Below are positions 38,385 to 47,151 of a DNA stretch of 61,089 nt, piece by piece (within the stretch, counting starts at the first letter, position 1; every line of letters begins with the position of its first letter). The position numbers were made by a program, and so were the translations under genes. Source of the DNA: Minisyncoccota bacterium (GTDB lineage Bacteria > Patescibacteriota > Minisyncoccia > Phycocordibacterales > UBA1006). The stretch spans positions 1-61,089 of the forward strand of contig JAIPIY010000004.1 in NCBI GenBank assembly GCA_021734445.1, read 5' to 3'. The notes below the pieces were generated by a model. The model did no database searches. It worked only from the letters and a program-made list of their open reading frames with translations, and was not told where the DNA came from.

Positions 38385-38909
38385 ATGAAAGAAAAACCAA
38401 TCTTACAAAACGGGCACGAAACATTGCGCGCACGCGCAAAAGAAATAACGCCCGAAGAAATATCTTCTCCTCACGTGCAATCCATTATTATGGAAATGAA
38501 ACAAGCTCTCCGTAAGGCAAAAGACGGGGTGGCAATTGCTGCACCACAAATAGGATATTCTGTTCGTATTTTTATTATTGCTGGTCAGGTATTTACCGAC
38601 AACCCAAAAGAATTTCATGCATTTGAACAAGTTTGCATCAATCCTGTAATCACAAAAAAATCACGAAAAAAGAATTGGGTTCCCGAAGGGTGTCTATCAG
38701 TACGTTGGTGGTACGGGGAAACCCACCGATCTCAACAGGCAACCATTACGGCATATGATGAATTTGGAAAACCATTTACATTAAATGGCTCTGGATTGTT
38801 AGCACAAATCTTTCAACATGAAATCGACCACCTGGATGGTATTTTGTTTATCGATCATGCAGAGAAACTACATGAATTAACCAAGGAAGAACAAAAAGAG
38901 TATGAATAA
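38385..38909 (+). CDS. def: Peptide deformylase
   Basis: GVAIAAPQIG, EGCLS and QHEIDHLDG motifs. Confidence 0.96.
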   Translation: MKEKPILQNGHETLRARAKEITPEEISSPHVQSIIMEMKQALRKAKDGVAIAAPQIGYSVRIFIIAGQVFTDNPKEFHAFEQVCINPVITKKSRKKNWVPEGCLSVRWWYGETHRSQQATITAYDEFGKPFTLNGSGLLAQIFQHEIDHLDGILFIDHAEKLHELTKEEQKEYE

Positions 38910-38921
38910 GAAATCAAAAGA

Positions 38922-39338
38922 CTATTTATTCAGATAACTTTCAAATGCTGGAATTAAATTATCGATAAGATTATATTTTTTATATTCTTTTGGATCAATC
39001 CAGATATATTCTTTATGATCTTTACTGAGTACAACGTTATCAGATTCAGCAAAACATTCAAAAAAAGTACCTACAATTTGCCATTGTTCCCCTCTTACCA
39101 CCGGTCTCCATTCATTCACAAAAAATGGACGACCGATTTTAACATTTAATCCTGTTTCTTCTTGGATTTCTCTTATTAAACTTTCATCAAATCTCTGCCC
39201 CGGATTAACTCGACCCCCGACCACGTCAAACTTTCCAGCATTTGTGCCATCTGTATATTCTGTTGATTCTTTAAGTAGTAACACCTTTCCATCATAAATA
39301 ATAAAGGCTTTTATGGCTGTGAATAATTTAATTTCCAT
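38922..39338 (-). CDS. NUDIX hydrolase
   Basis: GGRVNPGQ....LIREIQEETGL Nudix box. Confidence 0.9.
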   Translation of the reverse strand: MEIKLFTAIKAFIIYDGKVLLLKESTEYTDGTNAGKFDVVGGRVNPGQRFDESLIREIQEETGLNVKIGRPFFVNEWRPVVRGEQWQIVGTFFECFAESDNVVLSKDHKEYIWIDPKEYKKYNLIDNLIPAFESYLNK

Positions 39339-39356
39339 ACGATAATTTTAGCCTAA

Positions 39357-39698
39357 TTACTGTTTAATCTCAACACGTATAGCGTGATATTCTTCATTAT
39401 TGTCAGTATTTTCTACTGCGTGCATGGGCTCTGGATCCATCCATTCAACCTTTGTAGTATTTTTTGTATTAACAATATCTAAAACGTTGTTTTCATCATA
39501 ATATTTTAGATTTGTCGGACGATCAATAACCATAACGCCTGGCCATTTGTGGTGATGCATGGGCTCCTTTTGTCCAGGTTTGACAACCACTTCGACTACG
39601 CGAACTTTTTCATTTTCAAATAGTATTTTATGAGAATTAGGCGCTGCATTTACTGCATCATGTTGATCATCCCATGTGTTTTGATTTAATTCATTCAT
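39357..39698 (-). CDS. Cupin-fold protein
   Basis: FENEKVRV....KPG..EPMHHH and HAVEN motifs. Confidence 0.8.
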   Translation of the reverse strand: MNELNQNTWDDQHDAVNAAPNSHKILFENEKVRVVEVVVKPGQKEPMHHHKWPGVMVIDRPTNLKYYDENNVLDIVNTKNTTKVEWMDPEPMHAVENTDNNEEYHAIRVEIKQ

Positions 39699-39751
39699 GA
39701 TATAAAGATTATTATTATTTTATTAACTCCCCCATTAACAACAATCATTCA

Positions 39752-40183
39752 TTATTTTTTATAAAATAATCTTATACAAGCATCTAAATCTTGAATCAAA
39801 TTCATCTCCAAAGCCTTTTTCGGAGAAATCCATTTAAAATCCTTGTGCTCCTGCTGACTGATAACAACATCTTGTCTTTGATTTAATTCTGTGTGATACA
39901 TATGATATACAAAATCATACTCGGGATATCTAACAAAAACTTTTCCAAAATAAGAAAGTTCCGAAGAAGGTAACATGAATCCAGTTTCTTCTTGGATTTC
40001 CCTAATCATGGTTTCCAAAATCTCTTGCCCATCGTCTACCTTTCCAGCAGGAACACCCCAGGTATTACCCTGGGGTTTATGATCTTGTCTATGCAATAAA
40101 AGAATTTCACCATCGTGCTCTACAAAGCAGCTGACTACATCAAATTTGGAATTAAAGTTTTCTGGTTTTTCTTTGTGAATCAT
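39752..40183 (-). CDS. NUDIX hydrolase
   Basis: WGVPAGKVD.G......REIQEETG Nudix box. Confidence 0.9.
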   Translation of the reverse strand: MIHKEKPENFNSKFDVVSCFVEHDGEILLLHRQDHKPQGNTWGVPAGKVDDGQEILETMIREIQEETGFMLPSSELSYFGKVFVRYPEYDFVYHMYHTELNQRQDVVISQQEHKDFKWISPKKALEMNLIQDLDACIRLFYKK

Positions 40184-40323
40184 ATGTAATTTTGAAGGTT
40201 TTTATATGCTAGGATTGTATATTATATAAATAATTGATACCATGATATCAATCACATAATACTTGTTTTATTTTATCACGAAGAAACCCCTGGAACAAAC
40301 AACATTTTGAAACCGTAAAAACT

Positions 40324-41163
40324 ATGAACAACAATGCCAAACCATCTATAGCATTCTTTGGAACCCCTGAATTATGCATACCTATATTACAAGAATTACA
40401 ATCTGCTGGGATAATACCCGTGGTTATCGTTACCAATCCTGATAAACCCGTTGGGCGAAAACAAATTATGACACCATCCCCTGTGAAAATTTGGGGACAA
40501 GAAAACAATATTCCCGTTCTTGAACCAAAAAAATTAGACACGGATTTTCAAAATACATTTGCATTATATAATGTAGATCTTTCTCTGGTGGTTGCGTATG
40601 GAAAAATTATTCCAGAAACACTCATTCACACCTCAACATTTGGAACCATTAATGTTCACTATTCCCTACTACCAAAATATCGCGGTGCCAGCCCCGTAGA
40701 ATCCAGCATTCTATCTGGCGATACCGAAACCGGTGTATGCATCCAGGATATGGCATATGATTTGGATAGTGGAGATATTTATGTACAAGAAATTATACCT
40801 ATTGATATCAATGAAACTGCGCCTGAATTACGTAATCGCCTAAACGATATTGCAAAAAAAATGTTAGTGAAATTAATTCCCCAAATCGTATCGGGCGAAG
40901 CTGTAAAAACACCTCAGACTGGTGAACCAACGTATTGCAAAAAAACAAAAAAAGAAGACGGACAAATATTTTTTGATACCATGACTGATGCACAATTATG
41001 GAACATGTACCGTGGATATTTTGGGTGGCCAGGAATTTTTTATTTTGATGAAAATGGTAAACGCATTAAAATTACCAAAGCCAGATTCGAACAGGAAAAA
41101 TTTATCATAGAAAAAATAATCCCCGAGGGCAAAAAAGAACAAGAATATAAAAAATCCGCATAG
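40324..41163 (+). CDS. fmt: Methionyl-tRNA formyltransferase
   Basis: FFGTPE, T.PDKP.GR, VVAYGKI, NVH.SLLPKYRGASP and LDSG motifs. Confidence 0.95.
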   Translation: MNNNAKPSIAFFGTPELCIPILQELQSAGIIPVVIVTNPDKPVGRKQIMTPSPVKIWGQENNIPVLEPKKLDTDFQNTFALYNVDLSLVVAYGKIIPETLIHTSTFGTINVHYSLLPKYRGASPVESSILSGDTETGVCIQDMAYDLDSGDIYVQEIIPIDINETAPELRNRLNDIAKKMLVKLIPQIVSGEAVKTPQTGEPTYCKKTKKEDGQIFFDTMTDAQLWNMYRGYFGWPGIFYFDENGKRIKITKARFEQEKFIIEKIIPEGKKEQEYKKSA

Positions 41164-41177
41164 TGCGGATTTTTTAT
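41147..41177. terminator. Bidirectional terminator between fmt and hpf
   Basis: ATAAAAAATCCGCA-TAG-TGCGGATTTTTTAT. Confidence 0.85.
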
Positions 41178-41194
41178 ATGGTTACTTTATTAGA

Positions 41195-41563
41195 TTACCA
41201 AGGCTTTATTCCTTTTAATCTTTTTTTCAGACTGCGGGCACCGCGTTCGAATAGATCATGCATGCGGCCTTTTTTCTTTCTCGCTTGGCGTAACAATTCA
41301 TCACGAGTTTCATCAATTGCTGTATATAGTTCATCTCGCTCTGATGATGCATAATATTCAACCCCTTCTACACGAACATGAAATTCTGCACGATAGATAT
41401 CACCAGACCGATGATGTTCAGTAGTCTTTCCCACCTCGACACGAATCACCGCCGTTGGATGAGAAATATCAATAATTTTTGACAACGATTCAACACGCTT
41501 TTCAACATACGCTTTCAGATCTGCTGTTAATTCAATGCTTGTTGTTTTGATATTGATGTTCAT
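41195..41563 (-). CDS. hpf: Ribosome hibernation factor HPF/RaiA (short form)
   Basis: MNINI....IELT..LK.YVEKR and LY.AID...D.L.RQ..K.K patterns. Confidence 0.88.
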   Translation of the reverse strand: MNINIKTTSIELTADLKAYVEKRVESLSKIIDISHPTAVIRVEVGKTTEHHRSGDIYRAEFHVRVEGVEYYASSERDELYTAIDETRDELLRQARKKKGRMHDLFERGARSLKKRLKGIKPW

Positions 41564-41584
41564 ACATTCTTATTATAGCATTTT

Positions 41585-41809
41585 TTACAATCTCTGAATA
41601 GAAAATATTTTGGACGAATGATGATGCCCTGAAATAATTCTAATCGACGATACGGGCACCTGATACCAATCTGCAATCAATTGTAGTATTCTCTTGTTTG
41701 CATTATTATTCTGAGGTTTTTCTTTCACTGAAATCAAAAACGTAGATTCGTCTTTTTGCACAATAGATTCCCTGGAAACCCCTGTGTGTGCTTTTATTTT
41801 TATATACAT
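41585..41809 (-). CDS. DUF167 (UPF0235) protein
   Basis: VKE.P..N.AN..I..LIA.....P.S.I.I.SG..S..K pattern. Confidence 0.85.
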   Translation of the reverse strand: MYIKIKAHTGVSRESIVQKDESTFLISVKEKPQNNNANKRILQLIADWYQVPVSSIRIISGHHHSSKIFSIQRL

Positions 41810-41848
41810 ATGATTGACATCTGGATGAAAAGGTTTACCATGTACCCT

Positions 41849-42079
41849 ATGATACTCCTTCGAAATATTCTTCGGTTTGCATTGGTTGCGATATTAACCC
41901 CTTTTGCGGCTCTTGATATGGTATTGCAAACCTATATGGCAAAATTCACAAAATACAGAAAGGCAGAAAAAGATATTTTTATTGATATTGTTTATTGGAT
42001 GGTGTATATTCCTTTTGCAATTTTTTCAATACCCGTAAACTGGTTTATTGTTCCCGTTCTTGAAGATATTACAAGCTAG
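41849..42079 (+). CDS. Small membrane hypothetical protein
   Basis: Two hydrophobic segments; TTGACA-N16-TACCAT promoter 7 nt before the ATG. ORF track start is 41756. Confidence 0.5.
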   Translation: MILLRNILRFALVAILTPFAALDMVLQTYMAKFTKYRKAEKDIFIDIVYWMVYIPFAIFSIPVNWFIVPVLEDITS

Positions 42080-42762
42080 TTTATTGAAACAGTTGTAATT
42101 ACAACATCTTCTATTGGTTGATCCGAAGGACCTGTTTCTGTTTGACCAATAGCCTGCACTACATCAAGACCTTCTACTACGCGTCCAAAAACAGTATGTT
42201 TTGGATCCAAATATCGATTGTCTCCAAGATTGATAAAGAACTGAGAACCATTGGTATTTGGTCCTGAGTTTGCCATAGAAATTGTTCCTGCAATGTTTGC
42301 ATTTTCTGGTTTTATTTCATCTGCAAATTGATACCCCGGTCCACCTGTTCCCCATCGTGGTCGCATGTTTTCTTCTTTTGACAATGGATCTCCACCTTGG
42401 ATCATGAAACCTTCGATTACTCGATGAAAACGTGTTCCATCATAAAAACCTTCGCTTACAAGTTTTTTGAAATTTTCTGCAGTCTTTGGAGTTTGTTCAT
42501 CAAATAATTCAATCGTAATATTCCCCATGGTTGTTTGTAGTGTAATCATATGTGTTTTTTGTTCGTTATTATTTATAGTAATATTTTGCACAGTATCTTC
42601 ACCTATATTTTCTGTGATCATTTCCTGATTATCATATTGCAGGATATCGTCTATTTCATCTTGTGATGGATCGGACGTACGACTCATTGCCGCAACCAAT
42701 ATTCCCCCAATAATAACCAATAATATAACCAAAAATACTTGATATTTTGTTTTTGTATTCAT
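42076..42762 (-). CDS. Cyclophilin-type peptidyl-prolyl isomerase with N-terminal anchor
   Basis: FHRVIEGFMIQGGDP, SMANSGPNTNGSQFFI and HTVFG motifs. Confidence 0.95.
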   Translation of the reverse strand: MNTKTKYQVFLVILLVIIGGILVAAMSRTSDPSQDEIDDILQYDNQEMITENIGEDTVQNITINNNEQKTHMITLQTTMGNITIELFDEQTPKTAENFKKLVSEGFYDGTRFHRVIEGFMIQGGDPLSKEENMRPRWGTGGPGYQFADEIKPENANIAGTISMANSGPNTNGSQFFINLGDNRYLDPKHTVFGRVVEGLDVVQAIGQTETGPSDQPIEDVVITTVSIN

Positions 42763-42925
42763 ATCTACATTATATTATGAATAATAATAGGTAGTATACC
42801 ATATTCATCTTTATGGTACAGATTATCCAATATCGATAAACCAAAGACAAGAGATTGCACAATTCCTGTTTTTTGGTATAGTGTTTCTTGTCAGCAATGA
42901 CAATAATCTTTTCAAGAAGAATTAT

Positions 42926-42997
42926 TCCCCTGTAGCTCAGCGGTAGAGCACTCGACTGTTAATCGATTGGTCGCAGGTTCGAATCCTGCCGGGGGAG
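42926..42997 (+). tRNA. tRNA-Asn (GTT), CCA not encoded
   Basis: Acceptor TCCCCTG/CGGGGGA, D-arm GCTC/GAGC, anticodon loop CTGTTAA, T-arm GCAGG-TTCGAAT-CCTGC; upstream TTGCAC-N16-TATAGT promoter. Confidence 0.97.
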
Positions 42998-44692
42998 CAG
43001 AGCAGTATAGACATCAGAAAAAACCTCATTTCGTCTTGAAATATCCACTATATTTTCAGGTTCGAACTGGGGATTTTTTTGTTTTGCAAAAAGTAGTCCT
43101 TGAATGATAGCCTTGTAGGGTTCGGCGTTGTAAACACTGGCTTTTTTGTCTTTTAGGGTTAGGTTCGAACCAATTTCAAATAACATGTCCTTCTTTTCTT
43201 CTGGAGTTCCATGTGTGAATACATGATCTATTCCAGTGGCTAAATCAAAGGCTCTGTGGGCTTTCTCGAGTTGTTTTTGGTCCACATGTCCAAGTAATTG
43301 CGACTCTTGTCTTAAACGTTCAATTTCGGCTTTCAGGGTGGGTTTTATGAGCTGGAACTCTTCGTCATCTATCATGTTGCGCGCCTTCATCAAAACTACT
43401 TCTTTGTATTCTGTTTCTTTCTTCTTCAATGTTGCCTCTATCGCTTTTTTTCTTTCGATATCACTCTGCGAATCTTTTTGTTCCAGTTGTTTTAAATTAT
43501 CTTGGCACCATTGGGCAAGCTCGGGTGATATCTTTATGTTCTCGCTAAAATATCCTGCGAGGTATTCATCGATACTCTTTTCGTGAACACTCTTTGCAAG
43601 ACAGTTTGGGTTTTTTCTCTTTATGCAGTGATAGTATGTGTAATGCAGATACACAGGATCAACCATGGCATTTATGCTTATCTTGCACTTGGGACAGCAT
43701 TCTTTGGTCCGATACGCAAATTTGTGCTTGCAAGCCGAGCAGATAAGCTGATACTTATTTTCTGCCGTAACCGAGCCCTTACATTCTCCGCATTTGATGA
43801 GTCCCGTGTATGCAAATGAGATTTTGTGTTTACTTGGTCGTGTTCTGCCTTTGTTGCCCATAATTTCTTGTATATGCCAGAATTGTTTTTCTGAAATAAC
43901 TCGGGGCATGCTGTTGTGCAGTTCATAGCGTGTTCCTACTGTGTCATGAAAGAATCCGGCATAAACTGGGTTTTTCAAAACATGACCCGCAACATACGAT
44001 ATTGAAAGAGGTTGTCCGCCTTGTCTTCTTCTTTGATAGGTCCTCAGTCCCATTTTATTGTTGGCAATATCAGTCACCTGAGCCAATGAATATCTACCAG
44101 TCTCATAGAGTTCAAAGATTTGCTTCACCAAAGGGAAGCGTATATCATCGACAATCCAAATACGATCACCTGCACTACGGCTGAGGTCGTTAATAAAACC
44201 TATTGGGGCACGTCCGTTCGGCCATCCGTTTTCTGCTCGCGTCCTGATACCTCGTTTAGTGTCGACACTCAAGTCTCGGACGTATTGATTTGCCATACCT
44301 AGTTCCACCTGCATCATGAGCACGTTATCTTCGGGGTAGTAACTGCGACCGTATGTTTGTATATGCTTCACTATGCCTTCTTGCAATAGCCAACTTACCA
44401 TTCCACCATCAATAGGGTTTCGCGATAGTCGATTCAGTTTCCATACGATCCAACCGTTTGCTTCTCCTTGTTTTGTTCTTCGTACCATTTCATCAAAGAT
44501 GGGTCGCTTGGGGTCTTTTGCCGATTTTGATTCTTGAAAGATTTCTATGATTTCCAAATCGTACTCCTGTGCTATTTTCTTTAGTTCTCGTATTTGATCT
44601 GGAATGGATTGTACTTGTTTATCTTCGGTATCTGTAGACTTTCTACAGTACATGAAATATTTGTTGTTATTAGTTTGTTTTTCTTTTTTCAT
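42959..44692 (-). CDS. Large serine recombinase (resolvase + recombinase + Zn-ribbon + coiled coil)
   Basis: YCRKST catalytic Ser, E.KSAK...RP.F, RLSRN, P.G.., L.NP.Y.G and C..C...YY.C..C motifs; 3' end overlaps tRNA-Asn antisense. Confidence 0.95.
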   Translation of the reverse strand: MKKEKQTNNNKYFMYCRKSTDTEDKQVQSIPDQIRELKKIAQEYDLEIIEIFQESKSAKDPKRPIFDEMVRRTKQGEANGWIVWKLNRLSRNPIDGGMVSWLLQEGIVKHIQTYGRSYYPEDNVLMMQVELGMANQYVRDLSVDTKRGIRTRAENGWPNGRAPIGFINDLSRSAGDRIWIVDDIRFPLVKQIFELYETGRYSLAQVTDIANNKMGLRTYQRRRQGGQPLSISYVAGHVLKNPVYAGFFHDTVGTRYELHNSMPRVISEKQFWHIQEIMGNKGRTRPSKHKISFAYTGLIKCGECKGSVTAENKYQLICSACKHKFAYRTKECCPKCKISINAMVDPVYLHYTYYHCIKRKNPNCLAKSVHEKSIDEYLAGYFSENIKISPELAQWCQDNLKQLEQKDSQSDIERKKAIEATLKKKETEYKEVVLMKARNMIDDEEFQLIKPTLKAEIERLRQESQLLGHVDQKQLEKAHRAFDLATGIDHVFTHGTPEEKKDMLFEIGSNLTLKDKKASVYNAEPYKAIIQGLLFAKQKNPQFEPENIVDISRRNEVFSDVYTALLPRQDSNLRPID

Positions 44693-45476
44693 ATCTTCAT
44701 ATTGCTAATTTATAATATTCTTTCTCTTCACAAACATATACCGGATATTCTTTCTAAAGTCTATTTATTTGGATTTTATGATAACCTCGTCGAGGCCATA
44801 CCGTCTCTATAAGCGTGAACCCCACAGGGGAATCCAAAACAGAGACGAACCAAGAAGGAAAAACTCAAAGAAGAAAGACCAAAAAGGTTAAATTATGTAC
44901 AAACAAAATAGAAAGAGGAAGCTCGGTGATGGTTTTTATACCATTCTTAACATATCGACGGTGTGAAGCTGGAGGGATTGCCTCATATGCAGCGTGTACC
45001 ACCTTCATTTCTATCAGTTAGCAAGACGCCCTCCTCACGCTCGGGTTACCCCGAATAGTTATCTGTTTGTTACTCTATTTCATAGAATTCAATATCTCGA
45101 GCGACAGCAGAGTATCTTGCCATGTGTAGCCAGTTTTTTTATCTCGGAGACCCGCTAACGACTCCGCTTTGTTTGATTGTAAAGGTGCGTCAGATTGATA
45201 CGGTGTACCATCTGAATTATTTTTTTCTTTTCTTAACAGAACCATATGCAATTTGATAAATACGCAGTAAAGAAGCACTGTGTTCTTGTGCTTCTTCATC
45301 AGACAACTCGATACCATATCGACGTCGAATGATCTCTTTAAATTGTTCTGCGGATATCTTATCTATTTGCATAAATATTACAGCCTAGTGCTGTAATATC
45401 ATTAGAATCGTTTTAGGAACTTCTTCCCAATGCTTGTCATTAGGTTAAATCATAGTTTCGCCCTTATTTTTCAACG

Positions 45477-45504
45477 CAAAAAGGACAACCATCTCAGGTT
45501 GTCC
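45477..45504 (-). terminator. Probable terminator of the 45526-46290 gene
   Basis: GGACAACC-6nt-GGTTGTCC followed by TTTT on the minus strand. Confidence 0.55.
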
Positions 45505-45525
45505 ACAAGCAAACATAATCAATTG

Positions 45526-46290
45526 TTATTTTTCAGGATTATTAAGCTTCCATCCCTCTATCCGACCATTGTTCTTATAGCCCTGTATCACAGGGTCCTT
45601 CTTGTTAGGAAGAAGGTTTTCAAATTTCTTTGAACCAACGGTTACCTTATCAAACAATCCGTTGTTGATTGCGTTGTTTATATTCTTAATAATTTTCTCA
45701 TCTGTTTCATGTACCCATTCGTTACGTCGTTTTAGTTCCCTTATCATAACATCAACCGACACTTGATTATGTTGATCACTTTTATCTAACAGAATGTCTA
45801 ATATTTTGTAATGTTTAACATTATGATCAAGAGGTTTGTTACGCGTAGTGAGCATTTTTCCATTGAAGAAGAAGTTACCTTGCTCATCTTTTTCTAGGAC
45901 CCTATTACCAATCTTATTTTTCACTAACTCTAATCTCTCAATCTCTTTTTCCAGCTTTTCAGTTTCTAGTTCAAGGATCGCAATGGTTGGCGTTGTTACT
46001 GAAACACTGGGTCTTTCAAAATTAAGAAAATCACGAGGTACTACATTTCTCTCAATCCTTGAAAAGTCATCCGTGATTGGATATGACTTACCATCAGAGC
46101 GATGATACTTGTGAAAGAAAATCACGTCATTTTCATGTAATTGCTTGAGTATTCTTAGTTCTTTTACTCTCGAAAGGTTAACGATCTCACCCAGAAGGTG
46201 CTCAATCTTGCCACTAGTTTTTTTAGGGCATTCTAATAGCAGGTTAGCGAGCACTTTAAAAGTTAGTTCAGGGGAATCATACTGAATCAT
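45526..46290 (-). CDS. Hypothetical protein, possibly DNA-binding (C-terminal winged-helix-like)
   Basis: 254-aa basic ORF with a TGn-TAATAT box 6 nt before the ATG. The fold is a guess from the helix pattern and the terminal GWKLN strand. Confidence 0.65.
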   Translation of the reverse strand: MIQYDSPELTFKVLANLLLECPKKTSGKIEHLLGEIVNLSRVKELRILKQLHENDVIFFHKYHRSDGKSYPITDDFSRIERNVVPRDFLNFERPSVSVTTPTIAILELETEKLEKEIERLELVKNKIGNRVLEKDEQGNFFFNGKMLTTRNKPLDHNVKHYKILDILLDKSDQHNQVSVDVMIRELKRRNEWVHETDEKIIKNINNAINNGLFDKVTVGSKKFENLLPNKKDPVIQGYKNNGRIEGWKLNNPEK

Positions 46291-46340
46291 GTGGCTATAT
46301 TACCACAATATATCAACATCTTGTACTAATTTAAAAGTGC

Positions 46341-46680
46341 TCTTTTTTAATCTTTTTAATTTAGAACGTCGGAAACAGGGGGAGGTTCATTTGTGCCTCC
46401 CTAGGTACTCTTTTAATCTTTTTAATTCTGCACGTGTGCCCAGAGGGGGGCACAAATGTGCCGGGGGTATCTTTTTTAATCTTTTTAATTCCGAACGTGC
46501 ACAAAGGGGGGGAGGTTCATTTGTGCCTCCCCCTAGGTATAAATATTTCTACAGAGATACTTTTTTCAATTTTTTCAATTCCGAACGTTATGCAAGGGCG
46601 TTTCTTCTACAGGCTTTTTCTTTGTTTTTCTCAATCTAGATTGTAAGAGTTGGAGGGTAGGTTCATTTGTGCCTACCCCT
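46341..46680. repeat. Array of two alternating motifs (T-rich direct repeat A; palindromic repeat B)
   Basis: A = TTTTAATCTTTTTAATTnnGAACG-like at ~46343, 46411, 46472, 46561 (also 47071). B = GGAGG-TTCATTTGTG-CCTCC at 46381 and 46511, a variant at 46657 and an inverted variant at ~46447. Confidence 0.9.
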
Positions 46681-46718
46681 AATCTACACGTCTCCCCAAT
46701 AGGGTTGCTTTAAGCTTC

Positions 46719-46979
46719 TTAAAGTTTCTCATATCCTCTACTTCTAAGGCAATACTGATAAAAGAAATCATAATCCTTTTCTCTTTCAATGTAACTATAA
46801 GACCCCGGTTTTTTAGATTGATTTTGCATAAACTCAATTGCAGACTTATTGCATTCCGTCCTGACGTCTCTTTTTGTATTTCTAGGTTGAATAATTAATA
46901 ATTTTATCAGGAGGTATCCCAAGGCAACGATACCGATGATTCTCAGGATGTATATTTTTTTGTTTATAATATTTTTCAT
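46719..46979 (-). CDS. Small membrane-anchored hypothetical protein
   Basis: N-terminal TM helix and paired Cys ending in Y..CLRSRG. Confidence 0.65.
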   Translation of the reverse strand: MKNIINKKIYILRIIGIVALGYLLIKLLIIQPRNTKRDVRTECNKSAIEFMQNQSKKPGSYSYIEREKDYDFFYQYCLRSRGYEKL

Positions 46980-47151
46980 CTTAGATCAAATAATAATGAA
47001 TAAGAATTGCTCGTTTCTTTGCTGATTTGTGGCTTTGAGGCTGTCGGCGTACTTTATTGAAAGTGCCTTCTTTCAATTTTTTCAATCTAGAACGACACAG
47101 CATGCCTTAGTGGAAAAAACCCTTATTTTGTCCGTCTTTTCAGAACTTTTC

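Noticed and set aside
44990-45010. Second T-box (AAGGTGGTACACG on minus strand)
   Set aside because: One base short of the consensus, no matching antiterminator/terminator found, and the downstream gene is a recombinase.
44815-45317. ORFs 44815-45021 (+) and 45075-45317 (-)
   Set aside because: No recognisable motifs or start signals; they overlap the hairpin-rich region. A small directionality factor cannot be fully excluded.
46289-46646. ORFs 46289-46639 and 46434-46646 as genes
   Set aside because: They overlie the DNA repeat array, and motif B is read in different frames. Not called as CDS, though four in-frame A copies leave some doubt.
46341-46680. CRISPR array
   Set aside because: Repeats are degenerate, of two alternating types with one inverted, intervening segments are short and uneven, and there are no cas genes in the window.
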